Assembly: GCA_021432655.1 (NCBI GenBank)
Contig: MU271263.1
Location: 1-64,000, forward strand
Length of the DNA stretch: 64,000 nucleotides
Origin: Atractiella rhizophila
Lineage: Eukaryota
Direction of reading: 5' to 3'
Shown here: in pieces, positions 50,257 through 64,000 of the stretch
Layout: each line of letters starts with the position of its first letter
How positions within the stretch are numbered: the stretch's first letter is position 1
The notes under the pieces: generated by a model
What the model saw: the letters and a program-made list of their open reading frames with translations, nothing else
Database searches by the model: none
Told to the model about the DNA's origin: nothing
Made by a program: the position numbers and the translations under genes

Positions 50257-53200
50257 ATGAAGCGCTGGAAATCACTCGTCTCAAAAGCCAAATCCACGTC
50301 TTCGACTTCGCCCAATCAGCCCACCAATCAAGGCGACTCTCCACCATCCAAATCTCCCTCTCGTCCCTCTTCCTCCCTCCCTACCGCCGCCACAGCAGCG
50401 TCCGACCCTAAACTCCAGCGGAAGTCCAACGTCCCATCTCCACCCGTCGCAGTTGCACCGTCCAACCCCAAGCCACACAACGCCACCCTCCCCCCGTCAG
50501 CATCCGCTGGCATCGCCATATCCGACTCGGAAGGAGCGTATGAAGTAGGCGCCACTCATCCTCCGACGCGCATACGTAGCGGGAGCAGGAAAAGGGGACC
50601 AACGGAGGAGGCAGTCATTGATATTCGGAGGGCCGAGTCCTTCTCCCCTCTCCCTCCTTCTTCCTCTTCCTCCTCGTCCACCATACCTGCCCTTGGAGCA
50701 GCACCTGGGCCGAGCGGAAGCAGGACAAGGTACACCGAGAACCCTTTCGCTGTGTCCGAGGGAAGCGGAGGCGGCGAGGGAAGCGGCGTGAATGGACACG
50801 GTGGGGAGGTAGCGGCGGGTGGGAGCGGTGGAAATAGTGTGAGGAATACGAGGAGGATGGTCACCCAGCAGTGGGTCCTCAATCAGCTCAACTCCTCCAA
50901 TCCTTCAATTGCTGGCTCGCCTCCATCAGCCTCCGCATCGGCCGTTGACGGTGGGCGAGTGTTGGAGCCTCAAGACGGAGCGAAGGTTGCGGAACTTCCA
51001 CCTCCCCCTGTACTTCCCAATGGGTTGTCACACGGATATCACGGGGCAGAAGTCGATGTGAGTATCCTCAACCCCATCGTGTGCTATACTGAGATAATGC
51101 ATGGACAGTCACACATGCCCAGTGACCCCATTCCCCACACCTCCACCTTCCACACCTTCCACCCTCCCCCGACCCTCCCAACACCGCCATCCTTCCCGCC
51201 CGCCTCCTCCTCCACATCCACCTCCGCCGCCCCAGCTCCGACCCTCCAATCCTTCCAAGGACCCGGCGGCCTTCCGCCCGGCGCCGCCGCATCCCTCCCG
51301 CCCTCCGCCCATCTAAGAGTAGGCGCATCCACCTCCAATGCCACTTCCAACTCCGTCACTCCCCCCGCACCATCCACCGCGCTACCTCGCACCGAGTCGG
51401 GGACGTTACCGCGCAAGCAGCGGTCGTCAAGGTACCACGTCACCCTCCCATCTTCCGTCCCCCTCTCTGCCTCCCCATCCCTCTGGGACGTACCGCCGGC
51501 GCAGCGGCCCGCGTTGATGGTGAGGAAGATGGAGATGTGTTGCACTATCTTTGATTTTGAGAATGTGGGAGGAGAGTTGGAGGGTAAGAGGATCAAGGGA
51601 GAGGTCCTCAGAGAAGTTGTCGACTTTTTCGGGCTGGGTGGAAGGGGAACCGGGAACGAGACGGAGGTCGTCATGAGGGAGGAGGTCTATGCTGCCGTTG
51701 TAAATATGGTTCGTCCCCAACCCTCCCTCTCTTTGTACTCGTGCGTCAGGGGAAGGATTAATTAACGTTCCCACAGTTCGCCACCAACCTATTTCGTCCC
51801 CTCCCTCCTCCACTAAATCCCCAAGGAGAGTCGTACGACCCAGAAGAAGACGAGCCTGTGCTTGAACTCGCTTGGACACACCTCTCTTTGGTCTTCGAGC
51901 TCTTTTTGAGGTTTTTGGAGAGGGAGGACTTCTCGGTCTCCATCGGAAGGAGGTATATCGACCAGAACTTTGTCGCTCGTGTATGTCTCCATTCTCCTTC
52001 CCTCCCGCGCCTTCTTTTCACGGAGATGGATGAAACGCTCATTTGCGATGGACAGTTGTTGGATCTCTTCGACTCCGAGGATCCGCGGGAGAGGGACTTT
52101 GTGAAGACCAACTTGCACAGGATCTATCTCAAAATTGTCCCCCTGAGAAGTTTCATCAGGAGGAGCATCAACAACATCTTTCACCGGTTCGTCGGGGAGG
52201 TAGATAGACATAATGGCATTGCGGAGCTGTTGGAAATCCTGGGCTCTATCATCAATGGGTTCTCTCCACCCTCCTTACCATCGTCCTTATATATGCTGAT
52301 ACCATCATAGCTTCGGAACACCGCTGAAACAAGAACACAAGATCTTCCTCTCCCGCGTCCTCCTCCCACTACACAAGTCCCCCTCGCTCCCCATCTTCTA
52401 CCCCCAGCTCTCCTACTGTCTCATCCAGTTCCTGGAAAAAGACCCGGGGTTGCATACCGTCGTTTTCGATGCGTTGTTGAGGTATTGGCCGAGGAGCAAT
52501 AGCACGAAGGAGGTGCTGTTCCTCAAAGAAGTGGAAGAGATACTGAGCGAGATAGATACCCCAGGATGGGAGGGAGTGGAGAAGAAAGTGTTTGGACAGA
52601 TCGCTAGGTGCTTACAGGTTAGACATCTTTTCCCTAGAAGTATTAGAGCCAACATGCTGATGGGATGGCATGGACAGTCGCAACATTTTCAAGTCGCAGA
52701 ACAAACTCTATACTTCTTTAATAACGAAATGATCCTCAAACATGTCGCAGATCACATTGAATCCGTCCTCCCAATCATCTTTCCACCGCTCTTTGTCGCT
52801 TCGAGGAGCCATTGGAACCCGTTCGTCCCCTAACTCACTTTTCCGTCTTCCCCCTTGAAGGTTGACAATGGTGAGGACAGGCAAATACACATGTTCGCAG
52901 GTAGTGTCCTCAGCGTCTTGGCGGATATCAACCCACGTTTAGTTGAGACGTGCTCGAGGCAGTTCAGGGACAATTTCATTGCGTACGTCTGCTCTCCTCC
53001 TGGGCTTACCTCCTTTCCGCTTCTCTCGGTCCCTCCTCAAGCTTAGCTCATCCTGATGTGATAGAAAAAACGAAGAGTCGGAGCGACGGGCGCAACTGTG
53101 GAACCAAATCCGACTACTCGCCGAGCGGAACTCGTCAAAATCCAAAACGAGCGTGACAGCCGTGAATGCGACGAATACGAGCACGATCTCAACTGGGAGC

Positions 53201-53619
53201 AGTATTACCTGGTGGGAGGATGATGGGACGGTGGTTGGGAGCGGGAGCGGGAGCGGGATGATGGTGGATGAAGAGAGGGAAATGATGAAAGGACTCGCTG
53301 CGAGGGGCGGGATGAGGTATTCGGATGGTGGGGAGAGCGAGTTGGCTAAGATTAAGGCGGCCGAGGAAGCTGCTAGGAAGGAAGAGGAGGCGAGAAAGCT
53401 GGTTCGTCGTCACCCTCTTTTCGTCGTCTTTGCTTTGAGAGATAATTTATGGACTTTCCACCCCCATAGAGATATAAACGTCCGATGCCGACGCCACCGG
53501 TCCCTCCAGCTTCGACAGCGTCTGGTCCAGTGCACGTTAGGAAGAAGAGCATCCTGCCTACTCCCCCAGACGTGCTGAAGGACCTGAGAGAGCATAAATC
53601 ACTGGAGATCAAGGGATAG
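50257..53619 (+). CDS. PP2A regulatory subunit B' (B56/Rts1 family), multi-exon
   Basis: [86 protein letters not shown]-terminal RKKSILP. Confidence 0.93.
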
Positions 53620-55045
53620 ATCTTTCATACACACTTCGGATAGGATAAAACGGAACGGTCAATAACGCTACCTTGATTTTAGTTTTTCGTCCAAGATACC
53701 CAATTTGGAGACCCTTCACTTGATGTGTCCACCGTTTCCTTTGCCTGTTTCAAGCCATCGAGGTCAACCCAAAATACCACTCTTCTTTTTCATTTTGTCT
53801 TTAAATTTTGAACTAAATTTTTGGAACTATGCTTCATCAAACGATTCAACTTTTGTGATCAATTCGACAGTTGGAGTTCGGCTACATCAACCCATGTTTT
53901 TGATGCGTACATTACTGGTTTCTCCCACTCATGCTTTTTCCAAAAGTTTTGATTTGATCAACTAAGCGTTGGCTTCATTTTAGTTTGTGTATAGCTTACT
54001 ATTACGCTTCTTGGAGTTGGAGTGGACGCCGTTGGACATGTTCAAGTGGATTACGAAGACTTTGTTGAACTGAGCGAAAGAATGCAATTCTCATGTCTTC
54101 CTAAGCTTCCTTCATATCTCGTTCTGTTCCCGACCGTGGTTGCGTTAATGAGGACATTCGATGACACACGAACTGCAGGGCTGGATTGCCAGTCCTGCGG
54201 AATGAAACATCGGAGTTCATCCGTTCGTGCCACTCCCTCAACGACTAGGGCTCTCCCATGCTGGTAGATGATAGTCTAGAAGTTCGAGCAGCCTGAGTAT
54301 CTTGGCTTTATATCGTCAGGCAAAGTAAAACAGAATCTGGCGAGTGAGCCTCCCAGTTGAAGCAACGACATCACCAGGTGAAGATGTTCTAAAACTAGCT
54401 ACGCAATCTCGAGATGTTGCAGAGGCAGTAACGGGACTTTCTCCTCTACCCTGCGAAAAGAATAGTTGTCCCGCGAGATAGTTCATGCAGATATTCACTC
54501 AGAGCATAGAGCCGAGTGAGCTTCTGAGGAAGCCAAATACATTCAGTCTCCTTTATGACCTTCCAACCAGGATGCCCAGGGATCGCGCGCGCATCAAAGC
54601 GGTTGCCAGATTTTCAGAACGTAGGCCCAGCCCCAAAACACCCTGCAGATGGCAAGTCGAGCGAGATCCTGAAATGCAGGGATCCAATGACCCAATTCCT
54701 TTGCATTGTTGTAAGCCTCAGATCTCGGATATTAGAGCGGCAGCAATGCGCAGGTAGTCCTTCTGGTCAAGATGTCACGCCTGCCCAGCCTTAAAGGAAT
54801 AATAAAAGTAGCAAGTCGCACATAAATCCATCTGCTCGAGCATTCCTTCCCGTACCAAACGGGAGATGCCAGCAAACCTGCCGAGATGTTGATGACGCGA
54901 CAACAGGGAGCCAATAAAGGGTATATTCAAGCTTCTCAAAACAAGACTTCCTGAAGGAAGCCATGGTGAACCTTTTTGCGTGATTAATGCTTAGATTTAG
55001 GAGGAAGGGAATGCTGGGGCGACCAACGCGTGGGAACGGCCGTTT

Positions 55046-55372
55046 TCAAATCGTGAGCTTCGCACATCTCCCGTCGCGGTGGTTCTGGCCATCATAGACG
55101 TAGTTCTTGACGCCAAGGAGCACGATGCTGTCTAGCAACTCAGGTGGCAGGTTAATAAGACGAGAAGACGTGGGTCCGATGTTGACCGTCCAGCATCGGC
55201 CGAACAGGCTTTGGCAATTCCAGAGCACGAACATGGCGAAAAATCGTAAAGCCACGCTGCATGCTGTACATGAAAGAATAATGACTATTCCCGGTCGAGC
55301 AGGGGAGGTGGTGGACCCACCGCTTGAAGCTTCACCATTTTCGAAATTCTCGTCCAAACTCTTGAGAGCCAT
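55046..55372 (-). pseudogene. Possible F-box gene or remnant
   Basis: RLINLPPELLDSIV motif; downstream exons not resolved. Confidence 0.3.
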
Positions 55373-55940
55373 GAAGTTACTTCTTCGAAATCTTTTTGAT
55401 TCTTAGCAACGCTTATGGTCATCGGATCTGCTTCCAGCGTAAGAGCATTTTACCCCATTCAGCATCCACACTTCGAAAAGTTCCAGAATTTCAATCTCAG
55501 CATCGGCAGAAGAGCAGAAGATAACTTCGTGCTTGTATTGCCTAGTGTCACTGACCCAACAACTTGTATTCAAGCTTTCACTACGTAACCTTCTTTGTTT
55601 AGGTTCCGTCAACATTTTGCGCTTTTCCCTCACGCGACACGACTCAAAAAGTGGCATTAAACAACAGGTCAGCGATCCTGGTATGCTGTAGGGAGAAACA
55701 ATCAGGCACAATGTAGAATTGCAACACAGCTAACAATGCATCATTCACGACAAGCAGATCAAGATTCGATTGAAGAAAGTGAGAATGAGACGTTGCTGCA
55801 GGGTATACAACAGAAGCCAAACAGAAATCAGAAACCATCAGAAACCATGACACTAAAGGCGTGACAAAGACGAAAACGGGAATGAATCCAATATGAAATG
55901 TTGGAGTGAAACTCTAAAGCTATTCGTAATTTGCTTTGCT

Positions 55941-58900
55941 CTATTCAAAACGGTCGTAAACGTTATAATACTGAGACTTGGAATTGCCTGCCTTGGAAGC
56001 GTGAGGCAGAGGATCTTGGCTCGTCGAGTGTGTGAACTGCGGTTGACCCGTTTGTGCAAGCGTGTGCGAAGGAGGTTCTGAGGAATTAAAAAGAGACAAT
56101 AGAAATGCTGGATCCTGCTTCGGCTTTCGATTGGTGGTCGCCAGTGTATGATTTGCACCAAGATTCAGTGATTGGTTTTGATTTGTGTTGGCCATCCGAG
56201 GCATTTGGAAAGACTCTTGTTGTGGTTGAAAGCCTCCGGAGCCGACGGGGTGTAATTGAGGAGGCAACGTCTGCATTGGTTGTTGCGGGAACTGGGTATT
56301 AGGGTTTGGAAAGGGAGCAACCGGGAACGGTGCGTTAAAGGGCATCATAAAGCCGGGATTGCCCTGTCCAAAAGACGTGGGCATAATGGGCATACCGTTC
56401 GTCGTGCTGAGGGGTATGCCTCCTAATGGTGGAAGGAAACCAACAGGGACCATCGGATGTTGGCCTTGCTGTGAAAGCTGGTTGAACTCCGCGCCGAAAG
56501 ATGGATACGATGAAAGGCCTTGAGTTTGAGCGAGTAGTTGGAGTGATGCCTCCGTCAAAGGCGCGTTACCTGGCGGTAAAGGTCCGTAATATGGCGTTTC
56601 ATTATTAACCGTGGGATGATACGGTGGGGACGAGCGTCGACTGAGCTCGCCTTCAGAATCATTAGTTTCAAAATTGATGAGATTAGTTGACAAGTGAGAT
56701 TTTTGATTGTGAAATTGAGGAGACTGTGTTCCAGAGTGTCGTTTTTGATGTCGACGTGAACCTGCTGAACCGTTCGAATGCGTAGGGCTCTTCCTCCAGG
56801 AATGACCACTCGCGTTCTGGGGCGGGTTCGCTAGAGGTGATGTGTTATGACTTTCTGAAGAACGATTTCTGGGGTGAGCATTGAAAATCTGAGCAAGCAC
56901 AGGTGGGAGGTTAGGTTGTCGTTGATCGTTGAAAGCTTCCGCAGACGGATTGCGCGTGTGACGGACGGAGGTACCATTTGAAGCAGGACTATCACCTCCT
57001 CCGGTCGCAGCATCGCTGAGAGCGATGTTGTGCAACGAAAGAAGGAGTGCCTGTTGCTTCGCCTGCCGTTCACTGTCGCTTAACGTGCGAGGAAGAGGGG
57101 GTAAATCTACAGGGGGCCGCGACATTCTGCCATGAGCGTGATCCGCAAAAGTTGCTTGGTTCGTGCCGTAATCATGTTGGTATTGTGTGGCGACCGCAGG
57201 AACCGGGGGAGTAACCCCTCGCGAGGGCATTGGAGACTGGTGCTTAGAATTGGCTCCAGTAATAGGCGACGTTCCGATGTTAGCGAGTAGTTGTTGGAGC
57301 AGCGTGTTCGGACTCCCGGATTGAAGCTGTTGATGGATGCTCAGAGGAGGAGCCATGCTGTACACAGACTCCGTGGTTTGGGTGAAGCCAGATGCCGAGG
57401 ATGCAGAAGGTATCGGAGGAGTAGTCACCGACAGTAAAGCCATGAGCGAAGCGACCTGGCCAGGAGTGGGTTTAGGACGAGGATGTAATATGGAGGCAGC
57501 CGCATCCTCGTGAGCCGAAGAGTTGACTGGCACGATAGGAATACGTTCGAATGATCCATCTTCGTGCTGGAATTGAGGACCATGCCCCTCAATATCGACC
57601 GTGAGATCGTCAAGATCCAATCGCTCCTCTTCGGAAAAGACTCCATCGTCCTCCTGAAAGCTTTGCTGTTCCTCCGTCTCGTCATCGTCCAACTCTGCAT
57701 CCGCGTCACTTGGTCTGCTCAGCTCTGCTACGGGCTCCTCAAATGAAGTCGAAGGTGTTGCCCCATAGAAAGCTCTGTCGTGCCGAATCTCTGCCTGTCG
57801 GCCTGACTTGCCATCCTGAACAGCCCTTTGAGGGCTTCGACTGGGATTACCGCCAGTGTTGCCAAAGAAATACTCCTGTAGCTCCCGATCCTTGTCAACA
57901 CGGGCGCCGTTTCGCTCTTTCTCAGCATTCCGATAGACTTGCAGCATATGAGGTGGCAACTTTCTGCGATTGAGGGGATTGGAAAAGAGCTTAGGATCGA
58001 TGGGGGAATCAACTGCGCTGCTTGGTTCATTTGGTTCGAGCGGAGGAATGTATTTGAGCCGATTATGCTTGCTCGGCTTTTTGGAAATGCTTGCAGGACG
58101 ATGCCGAGGAATCCATTCGCGGAGTTGTCTGTCAAATTCGCAACGTGAGTTGATGATGGCTTCGATTCATGGATGAGAAGAAACTTACGCTATAAAATAG
58201 GACACGTTGAAGCATTTGAGACCTGTAGGCCCAGTTTCTTCTCGAAAGCTACCACCGTTGGCGCCAGTACCACGACGAGGTGACCATCCTGGCAGCTGAG
58301 ACAATGGGAACCATCGTATTTCCTGCAGGGTTTGGTGTTAGAGAGATGCAGAATAAATTGGAAACGTACCCCGATTTCCTGTTTTGTGCGCGTGACAAAT
58401 TCCTCGGCAGGCTTATCGATTCCTGGGACAACGAAGAGCACGATGTTGGCGTTGCGATTGTTAAGCACCATGCAACGTTCTTCCAAAGCTGGGTCTCCTT
58501 CTTGCGGTAAATGGCCACTGATATCGAATCCTATCTCCTCCAAAACCTGTAGAATATGTAAATACGATGGAAAGAAAGTGATGATCACAGACTTCGCGAA
58601 CTGCGCAATGCCGCATGCTTTCTTCGTAATTCATCTTGCCTTTTGGGAATCCCCACGACGAGCCAGACTTGTATCCTCTCACCAGTAAAGCCTATCCAAG
58701 TAAAAGTCAGTCAGTTTCTACATGCCATAAAGCGGGCTGCCAGGAGTTGGTTGAGTTGAATCTCATGGAAAAAAGAGAATGAACAAGAGAAGGACGATGT
58801 TCAATCGAGTTCTCCGTTCCTAATGCTTAGGAGTCATACGTGGACGTCCCATACATCCAACTCGGGGCTGTTTTAGCTAATTATCTCGTTGCCAACATGT

Positions 58901-59785
58901 GAATGGGAGGAAGAAGTATGTAGGCATCCACGTTATGGTACCGGCGGATCATTGCCTTTTCTCTGGGGCAACTGCCACTCATGTATTCTGAGGTTTTGGT
59001 CCGGACCAAAACGCTCCTAGAACTAGGAGGAGCAGTGTTGGCAAAGGAGAGTAATAAGAGCCAGCGATTTTAAACTCAAACAATCAGAAATCGACTAGAT
59101 TTGATCTTGCAGACATCGGAGAAAACCATCAGGAAAAGCCGCTTCTGGGGAGAGCATCTCCCAGCTGCAAAGACAAGCTAGCCATCATTCGGTATCAGAA
59201 AGGTAATGAGGTAAAAGGAATACCCTCCAGGGCAAGAAAACTGGGTGCTCGAACAAACGTCACCACTCTCTCCAAAAATATCCATTGTTCCATCACCAAC
59301 GGGAAAGAGAAAAGCGCACCTTTGACCATGTTGAATCCAATATCAGTGCACCTGCGGTGGGTACGGTTCCCTTATATCGTATGAACTGTTCGATGGCCTC
59401 CTCTGGATCGACTCCTTCAAAAAGCCTGCACGATTTGAGTAGGCGCTTGGTGAACTCTCTGAATCCTAGGTTTGGGAGTGGGTGCGGGGAGGACGGTGGA
59501 CGGAGTGGGAGGATGCGATCTAAGTAGAACCAATGGCTTTCCATCCCATCCATTCAAGAGTCAGCACACGATCCGAGGGAGTTGTGGGATGGGAATAGCG
59601 TACGCCTCCTCGATTTGAAACATGATCCTGCTGATGTTTTGGAGCTCGCCGATGGGGAGATTGACGATGAATCTGGATGAGAGGTCTTCCATTATTTGGT
59701 TGAGGGGGAGCGTTGAGAATATGGACGGGGGCGGAGGAGTCTCCGTCCCATGAGAGTCCACTCGGGAATCTCTCGAGTTAGGCAT
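55941..59785 (-). CDS. DCP2: mRNA-decapping enzyme catalytic subunit (Nudix), multi-exon
   Basis: Box [37 protein letters not shown]; Nudix box [10 protein letters not shown]....CAVREVLEEIG; long disordered C-terminus. Confidence 0.93.
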
Positions 59786-60985
59786 CTTGAGAGTGAGAGT
59801 GCCTCAGGGCAGTAGTAAGGTCGTGCTGGTGGGTGGATGGATCAGATTCGAGGAATTCGGAAGTTGATTGAGATCGTCGTTGTTTTTGGGCAACACTAAC
59901 AAGGATCCGCAAACGACGACCTCGTTCATTCCTTCAACATGCTCAACTTCGCACTCGCCACAACAAACGACGATCCGCCACCAAGGAATGGAATTTATTA
60001 CTCAATAGTTTATAGAACTGAGGGTTATTAAAGGCAGTGCTCCTGTCAGTGATCTGTGTCGTGGTAAGGATCGGAGGTGGGGGAACGGCACACGGGTAGG
60101 TAAAAGTGTTCAACTTTTCGTGTTAGTCGATGATGTTCATGTGGTGGCGTTCCCCGGGGTTTCCACTGCGAAGGGACTCGATGAGATGTTTGTTTGCAGC
60201 AGAGTTAGGACGCTCTGAAGGTCATTATCATCTAGTCGATCCCACATTGAACGATTGAGGAGCCAGGAAGATCATGGAAGAGTCTGGACCTCCAGCGGCA
60301 AGAAAGGCTGGACACACTTTTTGCGGCTACGCAGGGCATAAAATTGCCACAATGGGTGGAATGACATCCCTTGCCTTCATATGCCTTTGCGCTTTCTGTT
60401 TATTTACATTGAGAATCTGTCGGCGACATTTCTCTCCTGAGATATACGAATGACCGCAAAAGTACCTGTTCCCATCGATGAGGCAGAGAGAATGATCTGC
60501 ATGCCATCACCCTCCTGGCGAGCACGGAGAAATGTTCATTTTACCTACAATTAACTTGTTTAGTATTTCGCTGCTATCAAGCCAAAGCAGAACACTTTTC
60601 AACCACAACACCATGTCGTTGTCTCGGCGAATGCCTTGTCGTCGTTGTGGGAGCCGCATTTCTGTTCAATTTAGAATTCATGGCCAGTCTATTTGACCAA
60701 GGACTCGTTAGATATGTTTAACCTGTTCTACGGTAAATTATATGAAAGAAAGCGGCAGCACATTACCTCATCTTATTCTCAGTTACGAATGGGAGTGTTC
60801 GAAATATCGGCAAGCTTCGTTGGGGTCCGTAGCTTATATGGTGAGCTCTGGTGAAAGAACAACCAGGTTCTGTTGCCGTTTTCTTGACAGATAGAGCACT
60901 TGCAGGCGTTGCGATTGGCGTTCGGGGCTCAGTAGCACTATGCATATTTCTATCATGATCCGCGCTGATGAAGGAATCACGAATC

Positions 60986-61080
60986 GAATGGATGAGAGAA
61001 GTTGAATGGATGAGAGAAGTTGAATGGATGAGAGAAGTTGAATGGATGAGAGAAGTTGAATGGATGAGAGAAGTTGAATG
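60986..61080. repeat. Minisatellite, 18-bp unit GAATGGATGAGAGAAGTT x5.3
   Basis: Five perfect tandem copies plus a partial copy, read directly. Confidence 0.97.
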
Positions 61081-62218
61081 AAATAGAAAGATGATACAGG
61101 ACGTAGGGGATTATAACAGAAAGGGGTGAGGAGTCGCAAACGATGGAAACACAATTGGGGAGGGTGAGTAAAGCAGACATGAAGTACATTAATTGAATAT
61201 GCTCATGAAAGTCGTCATTAGGAAAATTTATCACTTGTCGACATCAGTCGTTTCTTTCAAACACTGCTTCCTATGCAAGCAGAAGGGTTAAACTTCATGA
61301 GGGAATGAAGCGGCTTACCGTATCATCTTCAACTGCCTTGCCTCGACATCGGGTTAGCCACCGTACCTCCCTGCCCGAAACCAAGACATCTTCACGCTTG
61401 TTCATACCCTCAAATTTACCCTACTAGCCACAATTCCATTAAATGTTAGATTTGAACCTTTGAACCCACCACCTCCAGGTGGATCTTGCTCTCGCAGCAA
61501 ATACGTGCTCAACCCATCCTACTCCTATTCGTGACTCACTAATTAGCTGAGTATTTGCAGCCACCAATGTACTCATCAAGGAAGAAAATGTGACGAAGTA
61601 TGATATGATGCCTGACGCTTTGGAGCTACAGTGCTTGGGTAGGTTATCTTCATTTCCGTCTGCGCCCTTCCCCCGCTGCCACACTAAGTCTCGTTTTCAC
61701 TCCTCCACTTGGGAGGGATGCTTATTCAGACGGACTCAGCCTTCCACGACTTCTCCATAGGGTTTAACCCGCTTGGACAACTGCGAACACCGGTCAGTTC
61801 AATCACACATCTATATTGCGGGAATGACTGTCAAACCTCGTCACGCCTCCTACTAGCCGCGTTCACCATAAAGCGATGAGAAGCTCAATCTCAAGGTCTC
61901 CGAAGGGTATATAATGGACTCGGTGGGAGTGTACACGTGCACACGTGGACTCTGGCTGATCTGAGCTGGGCAGCACTGTACCGAAGGCGAAGGTTCAAAA
62001 TTCTTCACATTGTCCGCTGAGGTCGATCAAAGGAATAGAACGATAACAACAGCAAGACGATTGTAACGTGTTTCTAAAGCGAGATCGACGCAACACACAA
62101 TCCCGAAGTAGCACATGTGCTTATCGAGTATAAGAGGAGGCGTCCCCTTGAGGTTTTCCTTCAACCAAGTTTTCACTCACCTTACTACCTCGAAGTTTTC
62201 GGTAGATAATTTGAGAGC

Positions 62219-63937
62219 ATGGCTGCAATAGATCCGACGCAAATTCCAGACTACATTCCCTATACTGATTTTCTTTATGTTTGTCTTTTGCTCAACATCT
62301 GAATCAATTTCGTTATGCTGACTGGATTGTCAGAGGGATACGATATTACCGCTCACGATAGGCCTCTACCTTGCGTTGACGTACGCATGTCTAGTGCATA
62401 AAAGATTGATAACGGAGTCTGAGTAGGCTGTTTGGAATCGGCCTTCTTCAATTTTACAATTGCTTCCGGTATGTCACCCAGTACATCTTAACGAGATGAT
62501 TGATTTTTGGGACAGATTGCTGCAGCAGTCAACTGAGAAGGAGACCTACAACCATGTCTTCCTCATATCGTTCCTTATTTTGGATCTGGCAGACACGTAT
62601 GTCGTTTTCGTCCAAGCGAATATTCTGCTGCTGATTCCCCGCAGTGTGGTCAAATGCATTTATTTCAGTGACAATTCGCGAGCTGCCGCTGTACATGTAT
62701 GATTTTTCTCATCGTGTAAAGTATTGGAATGTGGCTGAGACGTGTTCCAAGGGTCTGGCAGCAGCATATATGCCGAGCCCTAAATCAGTCGCCGCCCTGG
62801 TTGCGTTTGGTGAGTAACTCTCTGAAGTTGACATCCCCTAAATACCTCTCATCTGCAGGCGCTTTCATTCCTTTCGGTTTGTGCACTTCCTGTTCGTTGA
62901 GTTTTGACCAAACTTTGCACCAAGTCACGCACCTGTTCTATATCAAGCGAATCTACACAGTTTCTCGGCGTTGGCAATATCGCTATGTCGTGTGGGCCAT
63001 TCTCGTCCTCTGCTTCCTCACGGGTTGCGTCACTGTGTGCCTCCATTTCATTCAGGTTTAGATTCTTATGCCTGCTTCAGCTTGTCTTCGCCTCCTTATC
63101 AGCACGGGTCGGCCTCCGTCCAGCCGTTTGTATTCTTCCGCTGCTGTGGGGTTGTCTGAACGACTCCGCCCTAGGTGGATTATTTTCCTGCCATCAAAGT
63201 CCTCCCAGTTCCGTGGTTGATGGGAGAAGCAGTAATAGATTTTCTTCGTTAGCCTCTTTATTCCTTAGGTAGCACGATGTTAAGTGCTGAGACAGTATGC
63301 GGCACCCTTGTTGTCTACCTCTACAACCAAAAAACAGATTTCTCGGTCACCAACGACCTATTACACAAAGTATGCGCTACGTTATTAACGCCCTTCGAGG
63401 AAATGCTGACCTGCATCAGTGGAGTACGTAGCCCCGAATCTTTGCGTCGCTTCCTAACATCACCTGCATCAAGTTACAATTACAGTCGAAACAGGTTTAT
63501 CTTTTCTTCGACAAAGAAGAAAACTAAATCCCTCCTAGGTCTTTTTCCAGCTACTGCGTCTTTAACGGACGTGGTTCTTGGCTTGTGCTACCCTGAAAAG
63601 TCATACTAGTGCGTCTCATTATTGAACGTCTGGGAAAGTTTGATGGACCTGCCTTTGAGCCAGTTTTGCAGCAAATTACATCGTTACAAAGGTGGGCATA
63701 CAATTTGTTTTATATTCACCGAGCTCACTCGCCGAGCAGGCTTATATCAACTCCGTCCTTGTGCTCTTCACCAATATTCAACGTGGACGCGTGCGGCAGA
63801 TGCTTTCAGAAGGCAGTCTGGGGAGTCGGACTGGACAACGTCGTCCCATTGATACATACGCGAAGAGCCTTGCGAGCGGAGTGATGGTGCGTCGGCATCG
63901 ACCTGCTTCGCTTGCTAATATCGCACGGCGGTTATGA
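62219..63937 (+). CDS. Multi-pass membrane protein, DUF6534-like, multi-exon
   Basis: FYIKRIY, LVVYLYNQKTDFSVTNDLL and LYINSVL segments typical of basidiomycete DUF6534 proteins; many short introns. Confidence 0.6.
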
Positions 63938-64000
63938 CAGGTGAAGTCACAGATAGATACCTTGCGAGAGCCAGCAATTCCCGACAACTCAGCACAGTTC

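Noticed and set aside
59125..59192. Box C/D snoRNA in the DCP2 intron
   Set aside because: Only a degenerate C box (ATGATGG), short spacing and no terminal stem
60986..61080. CRISPR array
   Set aside because: Head-to-tail repeats without spacers, eukaryotic context, no cas genes

Overview
Eukaryotic, intron-rich fungal DNA; GT..CTRAC..AG introns and the gene content suggest a basidiomycete, but the species cannot be determined here. Two host-gene blocks flank a ~19-22 kb transposon nest (~15.5-37.5 kb). Left block: ERV41-like, EMC1, alpha/beta hydrolase, Pex24/Pex30-family peroxin, HNH endonuclease and a membrane protein. Right block: an unknown multi-exon gene, a PH-domain protein, a PP2A B56 subunit, DCP2 and a DUF6534-like protein. 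The nest holds a decayed DIRS/Ngaro tyrosine-recombinase retrotransposon and a decayed Helitron (Rep + PIF1 helicase) that ends in a USP-like cysteine protease domain and is abutted upstream by an F-box gene. The Helitron ORF is split by a hAT transposon (29730-34052, 8-bp TSD ATTGTAAG). The hAT transposase is in turn split by a tRNA-derived SINE with a 13-bp TSD and poly(A) tail, and was then scrambled by a ~1.1 kb inversion. Removing these layers by hand restores in-frame junctions. A separate ~1 kb TIR element lies at 44131-45147. All calls are by motif recognition only; no searches were run, and exon boundaries are approximate.
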